41,668 nucleotides of DNA from a virus, in the IMG/VR virus record IMGVR_UViG_3300045988_062043; one strand, 5' to 3'. The notes below the pieces were generated by a model, which made no database searches, was not told the DNA's origin, and saw nothing but the letters and a program-made list of their open reading frames with translations. Positions 31,449 to 38,464 of this stretch are shown here, piece after piece (the stretch's first letter is position 1; each line of letters opens with the position of its first letter). A program made the translations under genes and the position numbers.

Positions 31449-31700
31449 ATGGAGTGGACCACAGTAACAGTGATTATCGCCCTTGTGGGCCTTGGGGCGG
31501 CAATTATTAAGCCGATTGTATCACTCACGAGGTCCATTACTGAGCTGACAATCCAAGTCAAGGGGCTACGTACCGATATGGATAAGCAGACCGAGCACAA
31601 CCGAGAAATCCACAAACGCCTGTGGGACCACAATGATGAGCAGGATGACCGGCTGGATGACCACGAGCGGCGGATCGGCTCCCTGGAGCACAAAGCATGA
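31449..31700 (+). CDS. N-terminal-TM coiled-coil lysis accessory protein
   Basis: 83 aa. TM segment TVTVIIALVGLGAAII, then a charged coiled coil. AAGGAGG RBS. Confidence 0.5.
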   Translation: MEWTTVTVIIALVGLGAAIIKPIVSLTRSITELTIQVKGLRTDMDKQTEHNREIHKRLWDHNDEQDDRLDDHERRIGSLEHKA

Positions 31701-31760
31701 GATAATCCCTGACCTAGCATTTAAGTTGAGATTTGATATCTTTGAAGAGGGAGTGTAAAT

Positions 31761-32006
31761 GTGGGAGCGCACGTTAACATGCCCGAAACCCTGAAAAATC
31801 TATTGCGGTCGGAGATTGAACAGGCAATTTACCAGGCGAATCTCGGGAAAACAGACACCGGGATAGCGCAGAGGTATTTGATAGAGCAAATACCTCAAAT
31901 TGATATCGCAGCAGAATACGGGTGCGAGCGCTCCACAATATCAAGACGACTTCTGCGCATCATTGATAAGGTCGAATCGACTGCCCAAAGGCTAAATTAC
32001 ACATAA
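31761..32006 (+). CDS. Sigma-70 region-4-like HTH protein
   Basis: IAQRYLIEQIPQIDIAAEYGCERSTISRRLLRIIDKV is a region-4-type HTH. GTG 31761 has GAGGGAG upstream, with ATG 31779 as an alternative start. Confidence 0.55.
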   Translation: MGAHVNMPETLKNLLRSEIEQAIYQANLGKTDTGIAQRYLIEQIPQIDIAAEYGCERSTISRRLLRIIDKVESTAQRLNYT

Positions 32007-32025
32007 TTTCACAAAACACGCACAC

Positions 32026-32064
32026 GCCTTCACTGGATTGCCACCCAGTGGAGGCGATTTTTTT
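32026..32064 (+). terminator. Strong intrinsic terminator ending the late/lysis operon
   Basis: GCCTTCACTGG-ATTGCCAC-CCAGTGGAGGC (11 bp, one G-U), then GATTTTTTT. Confidence 0.8.
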
Positions 32065-32090
32065 GTATAGTAAAGGCAGAGGTGATCCTT

Positions 32091-32321
32091 ATGGGAAACG
32101 AGCTGATAACACGGCTTATTAACTGCGGATTCTCCGAGCCAAATGCCAGAGATATCTATTACCGGTATTATATTTGCGGAGATTTTGATGGACTCGAATC
32201 CTTTTTGTGCGCAAATGAGAGCATAAAAATAAAAGCAAATGCTCAAATCTCAACTGCGGAGAAAAATGGAGAATGGGAAGATATATCAAATACAATGCAA
32301 ACCCAGACGGAAAAAATGTAG
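32091..32321 (+). CDS. Hypothetical protein (island gene A)
   Basis: 76 aa with GAGGTGA 5 nt upstream. AT-rich segment. Confidence 0.45.
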   Translation: MGNELITRLINCGFSEPNARDIYYRYYICGDFDGLESFLCANESIKIKANAQISTAEKNGEWEDISNTMQTQTEKM

Positions 32322-32665
32322 GGGACTGCACAGTCAGAGCAATTTCTACAGCGCTTGACCAAAGCTGGGAAGAAACCTACATTGGATTAGCTCTCCAGGG
32401 GTTTTTGATGGGCGATCTTCCCTCAGCAAATTCTGTATGGGGGGCCTATCTCAGGTCTAAAGGCTTTGTACGCCGTATTGTGCCGGATACTTGCCCAGAC
32501 TGTTACAACGTGTCTGATTTTGCAGAGGAACATCCGGATGGTACATATATTTTAGCTCTGTCAGGCCATGTGGTATGTGTCAGGGACGGGAACTGGATCG
32601 ATACATGGGATTCTGGTGGTGGAGTCCCGTTATATTACTGGTGCGAAAGAAAGGATGAATCTTAA
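32273..32665 (+). CDS. Putative papain-fold cysteine peptidase-like protein (island gene B)
   Basis: 130 aa. GDCTVRAIS (Cys), SGHVVCV (His) and IDTWDS (Asp) occur in the order expected for a C-H-D triad. Overlaps gene A by 49 nt in another frame. Confidence 0.5.
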   Translation: MGRYIKYNANPDGKNVGDCTVRAISTALDQSWEETYIGLALQGFLMGDLPSANSVWGAYLRSKGFVRRIVPDTCPDCYNVSDFAEEHPDGTYILALSGHVVCVRDGNWIDTWDSGGGVPLYYWCERKDES

Positions 32666-33160
32666 ATGGCATTTGCTCAACCCTATTTTGGCGGCTATCA
32701 GCCTGGGTATTATCAACCCCCTATGCCGGATCAGCTTGCGCAACTGCGGCAGAATCAATTCCAGCCAATCGCGCAGCCCGTAGTACAGCCGCCCCAGATG
32801 CAGCAGCCTCCGCAAAATCAGCCCGCATCCAACGGGATTATCTGGTGCCAGGGGGAAGAAGGCGCAAAAGGATTTTTGGTTGCGGCGGGCAATAGCGTGA
32901 TGTTGATGGACAGCGAGTCCAGCACGTTTTATATCAAGAGCACCGATGCGTCAGGCATGCCACAACCGCTGAGGATCTTCGACTATACCGAGCGCACAGC
33001 CACACCTAAAATTGCGACTCCGGCCAATATGCCCCCCAATGTAGAGTTTGCTACAAAAGCGGAGGTTGAGGCCCTGGCGGCTCGTTTAGACGCTCTGACA
33101 AGCAAAGATACTGCCAAGCCCGCGAAAAAATCTGCGAAGGAGGATACAGATAATGCCTAA
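32666..33160 (+). CDS. Q/P-rich hypothetical protein (island gene C)
   Basis: 164 aa. N-terminal QP-rich low complexity, a conserved-looking core GIIWCQGEEGAKGFLVAAGNSVMLMDSESSTFYIKSTDASGMPQPLRIFDY, and a helical tail. Confidence 0.6.
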   Translation: MAFAQPYFGGYQPGYYQPPMPDQLAQLRQNQFQPIAQPVVQPPQMQQPPQNQPASNGIIWCQGEEGAKGFLVAAGNSVMLMDSESSTFYIKSTDASGMPQPLRIFDYTERTATPKIATPANMPPNVEFATKAEVEALAARLDALTSKDTAKPAKKSAKEDTDNA

Positions 33161-33380
33161 TCCGCTCTTTTCTATGCTCGGAGGCAATATGCCCTCTATG
33201 CCTGGCCCAATGGGTAATTTTGCACAGATGATGCAGCAGTTTCAGCAATTCCGGGCGAATTTCCAGGGGGACCCGAAAGCAGAGGTGGAAAAACTGCTGC
33301 AATCCGGAAAAATGAATCAGAGTCAGCTCAACCAATTGCAGAATATGGCGAGACAATTTCAGCAGCTTATGCCCAAATAA
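33153..33380 (+). CDS. Small M/Q-rich hypothetical protein (island gene D)
   Basis: 75 aa with a strong RBS GAAGGAGGA 8 nt upstream. QQFQQFRANFQGDPKAEVEKLLQSGKMNQSQLNQLQNMARQFQQL. Confidence 0.6.
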   Translation: MPNPLFSMLGGNMPSMPGPMGNFAQMMQQFQQFRANFQGDPKAEVEKLLQSGKMNQSQLNQLQNMARQFQQLMPK

Positions 33381-33451
33381 GGCTATAATCGTGGCCACGA
33401 TTTAATATAGCAACCTTAAAATTATTTTGTAAATGCGAAAGGAGACTACAT

Positions 33452-34195
33452 ATGTCTTTGAGTTCTGATGGTACTGTGATGACCATGCCTGTTGCACCCA
33501 CCAATATGGGCGGAAACGGCTTCGGCGGCTTTGGCGGAGATGGTGCGTGGTGGATTATTATCCTGTTTTTGTTTGTTTTCTGCGGCTGGGGCAACAACGG
33601 CTGGGGCGGAAATGGTGGCGGCATGAACGGCGGCGTCGGTTCTGAGGTCCAGCGCGGATTTGACCACTCCTCCGTTGTAACCAAGCTGGACGGCATCACC
33701 CAGGGTATTTGTGACAGCACCTATGCCCTTAACAACGCCATCAATACCGGCTTCTCCAATGCGGAACTGTCCCGGTGCAATCAGCAGTCGGCCCTGATGC
33801 AGCAGCTCAACAATATGGCTATGCAGGCTCAGAACTGCTGCTGCGAGACCCAGCGGGCGATTGACGGCGTGAATTACAACATGGCAACCAATACATGCGC
33901 CCTCCAGAACACCATGAACAACAACACCAGGGACATTATTGACAATGCCAATGCCAATTCCAGGGCCATCCTCGATTATCTGTGCCAGGATAAGATTTCT
34001 ACTCTCCAGGCCGAAAATCAGAGTCTCCGGCTGGCTGCGTCTCAGGCGAACCAGAACGCGGTACTCCAGGCGGCAATGGACGCAAACACTGCGGAGATTC
34101 TGCGCCGCACCGCACCTCTGCCTGTCCCGGCTTATCAGGTGGCAAACCCCTATACGGGTGTCTATGGAAGCTGCTGCAATCCCTGCGGCTGCTAA
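33452..34195 (+). CDS. Gly-rich single-TM, N/Q- and Cys-rich protein (island gene E)
   Basis: 247 aa with an AAAGGAGA RBS. GGNGFGGFGGDGAWWIIILFLFVFCGWGNNGWGGNGGG is a YjcZ-like tiny-TM motif. Followed by a long N/Q-rich helical region with 12 Cys, ending in GSCCNPCGC. Confidence 0.65.
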   Translation: MSLSSDGTVMTMPVAPTNMGGNGFGGFGGDGAWWIIILFLFVFCGWGNNGWGGNGGGMNGGVGSEVQRGFDHSSVVTKLDGITQGICDSTYALNNAINTGFSNAELSRCNQQSALMQQLNNMAMQAQNCCCETQRAIDGVNYNMATNTCALQNTMNNNTRDIIDNANANSRAILDYLCQDKISTLQAENQSLRLAASQANQNAVLQAAMDANTAEILRRTAPLPVPAYQVANPYTGVYGSCCNPCGC

Positions 34196-34260
34196 ACTGC
34201 ATAACTGCATCTATTTCGTGACATCACGAAATTGTTCGGCCCCGTGCCGATTTTGAACAT

Positions 34261-34292
34261 AGCGGCGGGGCAATGGCCTCGCCGCTTATTTT
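34261..34292 (+). terminator. Probable intrinsic terminator after gene E
   Basis: AGCGGCG-12 nt-CGCCGCT followed by TATTTTA. Flanked by two further perfect hairpins (34214-34231 and 34297-34312). Confidence 0.45.
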
Positions 34293-34332
34293 AACCGCCT
34301 CGAAATCGAGGCATTTAGAAAGGATTGATTTT

Positions 34333-34755
34333 ATGGCTGAGTATACGAATATTGGCCCTGTGACTGTAGCCGCTGGGCAGAATGTGCCCCTTACCGAAAC
34401 TGCCGTATCTGGGGGAAGCTGTATCGTCCATCGTGAAGGAGCTGGCATTGTGACCCTGCGGGGCCAGACTAACCAGTGCCGGGCACGGTACAAAGTGAGC
34501 TTTGGTGGAAACATTGCAATCCCCACCGGCGGGGCCGTGGCTCCGATCTCCATTGCTTTGTCTGTGAGCGGTGAGCCGCTTGCCAGCGCAACTGCAATTG
34601 TAACGCCCGCTGCGGTGGAAGACTATTTCAACGTGTTCACGGCAGTCTTTATCGAGGTGCCGCGTGGCTGCTGTGTGACGGTAGCAGTCGAAAATACCAG
34701 CACTCAGGCGATCAATGTTGCAAACAGCAATCTGATTGCCGAGCGTGTATGCTAA
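34333..34755 (+). CDS. All-beta protein, possible TNF/C1q-like jelly roll (BclA-C-terminal-domain-like) (island gene F)
   Basis: 140 aa. Alternating beta pattern GQNVPLTETAVSGGSCIVHREGAGIVTLRG...YKVSFGGNIAIPTGGAVAPISIALSVSGEPL...VAVENTSTQAINVANSNLI. Confidence 0.5.
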   Translation: MAEYTNIGPVTVAAGQNVPLTETAVSGGSCIVHREGAGIVTLRGQTNQCRARYKVSFGGNIAIPTGGAVAPISIALSVSGEPLASATAIVTPAAVEDYFNVFTAVFIEVPRGCCVTVAVENTSTQAINVANSNLIAERVC

Positions 34756-34772
34756 TGGAGAGGAGAGATATT

Positions 34773-35210
34773 ATGAGCATGAGAGCCTTAGAGGACCTAC
34801 GCGAAATGCTCTGCGACGAGCTGGACGAAATCGCAAAAAAGCAGGAAATGTCCGCAGGCGACCTTGAAACCGTCCATAAACTCACAGACACCATTAAAAA
34901 CATTGATAAAATCATTATCATGGATGAGGATGGTGGCTATAGTCAGGCCGGAGACTGGGAGATGGAGGGCCGTGGCAATTATGGGCGCGGAAGCAGCTAC
35001 GCAAGCCGTGGCAAGCATTATGTAAGAGGCCACTACAGCAGAGATGGCGGAGACTATAGCGAGCGCCACCGCGACAGCATGGGCCGTTATAGCCGAAATG
35101 GGGCAAAAGAGCACATGATGACGCAGCTGGAAGAGATGGAGCGTAACGCCAGTAATGACAAAGAGCGAGATGCAATCCGCCGTTGTATCAACCAGCTAGA
35201 GTCCACCTAA
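34773..35210 (+). CDS. Hypothetical helical protein with an R/G/S/Y-rich centre (island gene G)
   Basis: 145 aa with a GGAGAGGAGAG RBS. MSMRALEDLREMLCDELDEIAKKQEMSAGDLETVHKLTDTIKNIDKI, then GRGNYGRGSSYASRGKHYVRGHYSRDGGDYSERHRDSMGRYSR. Confidence 0.6.
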   Translation: MSMRALEDLREMLCDELDEIAKKQEMSAGDLETVHKLTDTIKNIDKIIIMDEDGGYSQAGDWEMEGRGNYGRGSSYASRGKHYVRGHYSRDGGDYSERHRDSMGRYSRNGAKEHMMTQLEEMERNASNDKERDAIRRCINQLEST

Positions 35211-35225
35211 AAAGGAGGCGGCCAT

Positions 35226-35561
35226 ATGTTGGACGCCAAAGAAATCGACGTAGCAATCGCCGAACTGGAGTATAAAGACTCCAGCTATAGTAACTACGCA
35301 AAGCTGGCAAGCCTCTACACAATCCGGGACCAAATGACCCGGCATGCAGATCGAGGCTATGAGCGGGCCTACTCTGCAGCACCAGCGGCCCTGGAAGAAC
35401 CCACTCGTGTAATCCGGTACGGCGACAGCGACTTTTTGCGGGCCGTGGAGGGCAAAGACCCTGCGGCGGTGTGGGATATCATGGATGAGTTAATGGACAC
35501 GCTCAAAGTAGTCAACACAAGAGTGTACAATAGCGTTATGCGGAAAATAGACGCAGTGTAG
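35226..35561 (+). CDS. Hypothetical protein (island gene H)
   Basis: 111 aa with AGGAGG 7 nt upstream. Confidence 0.55.
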   Translation: MLDAKEIDVAIAELEYKDSSYSNYAKLASLYTIRDQMTRHADRGYERAYSAAPAALEEPTRVIRYGDSDFLRAVEGKDPAAVWDIMDELMDTLKVVNTRVYNSVMRKIDAV

Positions 35562-35563
35562 CA

Positions 35564-35594
35564 AATTAGCCCCAGAAACTGGGGCTAATTTTAT
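35564..35594 (+). terminator. Intrinsic terminator ending the accessory island
   Basis: AATTAGCCCCAG-AAA-CTGGGGCTAATT (12 bp, perfect), then TTAT. Confidence 0.75.
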
Positions 35595-35645
35595 GCGTTA
35601 TATAATATGATTAAACCGCCCGGTTATTATAGATTATACAACGGT

Positions 35646-36950
35646 TCAGATTAAATCAAAATCGGCCACTGAATCGTTGGATAGATAGATCTTTTTGACT
35701 GTTTTGCGCCAAAAAGATTGTTTGCCGTCCCGTGGCAGGTCATCATACAATTGTCTCCAGTCGCCCCAGAAGCGGGATTTTAATGCCTCGATGTCAATAT
35801 CCGGGACATCTTCTGGGATTGCCGCCAGCTCATCATTAAGCGCCCTAAACTGCCTTTTATAATCCTGCATCGAAATCAGATCAGATATATAGAGCTCCGA
35901 CAGCTTGGACAATTTCCGCTGGATCGCGTCTCTTTTGGGCTTGTGCGATATAGCTCTCTGCTCATTGCGGCTAATGATTGATGTCTGTACTTTTGCTTCT
36001 ATGCGGTCCAGCATGTACGCCTCAATTTTCTCTTCATTGTAATTTTTGTTGTTAGAGCATCCAGTCTTTTTCCTGCTAGAACTGCACCCGTAGTAATGAG
36101 TCTCTTTGTGCACTCGTGATACCGAATACCCTCCCAATCGATTACCGCACTTGGGGCAGATTAAGAGCCCGGAAAAGAGATACACCCGGCTTTGTGTCGT
36201 CTTCCGGACGATACATCCACGGAGAGAGTTCGCTTTTCTGTATTCATCCGGAGAAATGATGGCGGGTATTGTTATTCCGGCAAATTTCCCCATGTAAGCG
36301 GGGTTAGAAAACATGTACCGCGCCGAAGTGTACGATAGCCCAAGCTCCGGATATTCCCTAATTACCTTCGAGATTGATCCAGCTTCCAGGTACATATCAA
36401 ACGCGGCGCGGACCATAGGCCCGGTCACCGGGTCAATGACCACCGATTTTCCGTCCAATTTGTATCCTTTTGGTACATTACCAGTTATGGGCTCGTTTCT
36501 CTCTTTCTTACCCTCAAAAACAAATTTAATCCGTTCGCTGGTCCGGTCCGCTTCGTCCTGAGCGACACTGAGCATGATATTAACTTTAAATCTACCGGAG
36601 GCTGTGACCGTTTCGTAGTCCTCTTGTGTAGCTCTCCAAGTAACGTTATGGGCGTCAAGGACACGTTGCACCTCATAATAATCGGAGATATTCCGGAACC
36701 ACCGGTCCAATTTTATGAACAAGACCATATCAATTTTATCGGATTCAATGTCCGCCAATAAGCGCATAAATTCTGGCCGCTTTGTATATCTTTTACGAGC
36801 ACTCTTCCCGGCATCTAAATAGCAATCCACAACTTTCATGCCGTGTCCCTTTGCATAATCTCTTAGGTGGGCTTCCTGCTCATCCATGGACAGGCCGTGC
36901 CTTGCTTGCTCCTCGGTGCTCACGCGGATATATATAGCTGCTCGCGTCAT
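35646..36950 (-). CDS. int: Large serine recombinase (phage integrase)
   Basis: 434 aa. AAIYIRVSTEEQ carries the catalytic Ser motif in a resolvase domain. Recombinase domain, zinc ribbon (CPKCGNRL...YYGCSS...C) and a coiled-coil C-terminus. Confidence 0.9.
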   Translation of the reverse strand: MTRAAIYIRVSTEEQARHGLSMDEQEAHLRDYAKGHGMKVVDCYLDAGKSARKRYTKRPEFMRLLADIESDKIDMVLFIKLDRWFRNISDYYEVQRVLDAHNVTWRATQEDYETVTASGRFKVNIMLSVAQDEADRTSERIKFVFEGKKERNEPITGNVPKGYKLDGKSVVIDPVTGPMVRAAFDMYLEAGSISKVIREYPELGLSYTSARYMFSNPAYMGKFAGITIPAIISPDEYRKANSLRGCIVRKTTQSRVYLFSGLLICPKCGNRLGGYSVSRVHKETHYYGCSSSRKKTGCSNNKNYNEEKIEAYMLDRIEAKVQTSIISRNEQRAISHKPKRDAIQRKLSKLSELYISDLISMQDYKRQFRALNDELAAIPEDVPDIDIEALKSRFWGDWRQLYDDLPRDGKQSFWRKTVKKIYLSNDSVADFDLI

Positions 36951-37101
36951 AAACTTGCTCCCTCCCCCACCTTGCCATAGGTCTCCCTTGCATTTCCGCC
37001 GACAATATGATATCCTAGGTTCGGCGCTACCCGCAACGGTAGGCGGTTGTCCCCTCCATCCCGGAGGGGACTTCTTGCCCCCTCCGCCGCAAGAGGGGGT
37101 G

Positions 37102-37191
37102 ATGCTTATGCTTACATACTCAGAGCTGTTTCAGTTCTGCCTTGTAGTCATCGGCATTATTGGCCTGTTTTTTCAGGCAAAAAAGAAGTAA
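37102..37191 (+). CDS. 29-aa hydrophobic peptide, holin-like type I toxin candidate
   Basis: MLMLTYSELFQFCLVVIGIIGLFFQAKKK: a single TM plus a KKK tail. The SD GAGGGGG is sequestered in hairpin 37078-37099. A second 9-bp hairpin lies at 37049-37071. Confidence 0.55.
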   Translation: MLMLTYSELFQFCLVVIGIIGLFFQAKKK

Positions 37192-37268
37192 CCGCCCAGC
37201 CTCCAAGCAAGCGGTTACTTCTGTAACACTGTAAGGGGCCAACCGTCTGCCGGTAGCGCCCTCTCTCT
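37179..37268 (-). ncRNA. Candidate antisense sRNA (type I antitoxin-like) convergent with the toxin ORF
   Basis: Bounded by the minus-strand promoter at 37275-37303 and a minus-strand terminator (AGAAGTAACCGC-15 nt-GCGGTTACTTCT at 37222-37184, then TTTTT). Overlaps the last toxin codons. Confidence 0.5.
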
Positions 37269-37274
37269 ATCCCA

Positions 37275-37303
37275 AGTATAGCCGCCCTACGCCAAATTGT
37301 CAA
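37275..37303 (-). promoter_or_regulatory. Near-consensus promoter for the antisense sRNA
   Basis: The minus strand reads TTGACA (37303-37298), a 17-nt spacer, then TATACT (37280-37275). Confidence 0.55.
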
Positions 37304-37389
37304 GGCCCCGTTCCGGCCAACACCGGGGAGGGGGTTTCGTTAATCTCCCCGTCCGGTGTTGGTAGCGCCGGGCGGGGAATATTATTTTG

Positions 37390-37938
37390 TTATAGCGCTG
37401 CCGGATCGAACTCCATATAGGCAATCGGCGGATCACTGTCAAAGGTGAGCCACTCGCCGATCTCGACCTCCACCACGGAGGTGGTATTGGAGAGGACAAA
37501 TGCTGCTTGTACGTCAATGGTAGTTCCGGGGCGAACCTCCGTCATGAACGAATCAGAATCATAAACGGAGTCGTCCATGATGATGGCGGTTTCCAGCCCA
37601 ACTCCGTCCTGGAATGCAGAACAGGAGACAGCAACCATTGCGCTGGTGGTGTCTTCGCTGTTGTTGGTCCAGGAATATGTGATCGCAATAGCGGGGTTAC
37701 CTTCATAGTCCTCGGTTAAAACAGCGAATTTAATTTCTACTTCATAGTCTCCGAGCGTTGCAATGTTGCTTGACACCTCGGGTTCCGGAGTATCCTGCAC
37801 TTCCTGCGTCTCTTGCGGCTCAGTTTGTGTCGGAGCTGAACTGTTTTGCGGCTCTACACTTTCCCCTGGATCGGATACCGCGCATCCAGAAACCATGGCC
37901 AGCATGGAAAGCACGAGGATTAATGCTATCTTTTTCAT
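37390..37938 (-). CDS. Lipoprotein, DUF5067-like
   Basis: 182 aa. Signal peptide with lipobox MKKIALILVLSMLAMVSGC. LGDYEVEIKFAVLTEDYEGNPAIAITYSWTNNSEDTTSAM...AFQDGVGLE fits DUF5067. Confidence 0.75.
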   Translation of the reverse strand: MKKIALILVLSMLAMVSGCAVSDPGESVEPQNSSAPTQTEPQETQEVQDTPEPEVSSNIATLGDYEVEIKFAVLTEDYEGNPAIAITYSWTNNSEDTTSAMVAVSCSAFQDGVGLETAIIMDDSVYDSDSFMTEVRPGTTIDVQAAFVLSNTTSVVEVEIGEWLTFDSDPPIAYMEFDPAAL

Positions 37939-38074
37939 TTTCTTTTCCTTCTTTCTTCGCTCTATTTTTACCGCCCCGGCGGGTAGGTCACTTATCTTGG
38001 AATGGGATACCGCCGGCTGGTGATGGCCCGGCCTTGGCAGACCAGCGACCGGCCAACATCGGGGCAGGGGATTT

Positions 38075-38464
38075 TTATTTTTCTGGAGTTTTAGCATGAG
38101 CAGATTCATTTTGGGCGATTATTTTTTTAAGCTTTGCGAAACCGACAAAGGAAAGAACCATTTCAATCATCACAAAGAAGAAATATAACGGGAATAAAAT
38201 CATAGCAACAGCGTACAAAACCGCACCAGTCAGAGCAAAACCCCTGTGGTTCATAGTCCATCCTAAGATATTGAAAATGACAGCAAGCCCAGCACAGATA
38301 AGATGCGGGAATACAAGCGCTGTTGCAATGCCTGCTCCGATCGCTTCAGCTCCATCCACGCCGGAATTAGTGCCAGTCCAATAAGAAATGCTGTACAATA
38401 TGTAAGCAATTCCTATCACTGCGGAAATGAGCAACAATACGCTACGCTTTTTCTTTACCTTCAT
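38075..38464 (-). CDS. Integral membrane protein (about 4 TM)
   Basis: 129 aa with an AAGGAGGAAGAGG RBS. Four hydrophobic segments. Confidence 0.65.
   Translation of the reverse strand: MKVKKKRSVLLLISAVIGIAYILYSISYWTGTNSGVDGAEAIGAGIATALVFPHLICAGLAVIFNILGWTMNHRGFALTGAVLYAVAMILFPLYFFFVMIEMVLSFVGFAKLKKIIAQNESAHAKTPEK

Noticed and set aside
33446-34210. 254-aa minus-strand ORF antisense to island gene E
   Set aside because: The + strand ORF has a good RBS (AAAGGAGA, 6 nt spacing), a TM segment and sits in the operon context. The minus ORF has no RBS and has convergent terminators on both sides.
36886-37191. 101-aa + strand ORF from the track, overlapping the integrase start
   Set aside because: Most of it is antisense to the integrase start or crosses two hairpins. 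Only the last 29 codons have an RBS and a plausible (hydrophobic toxin-like) product.
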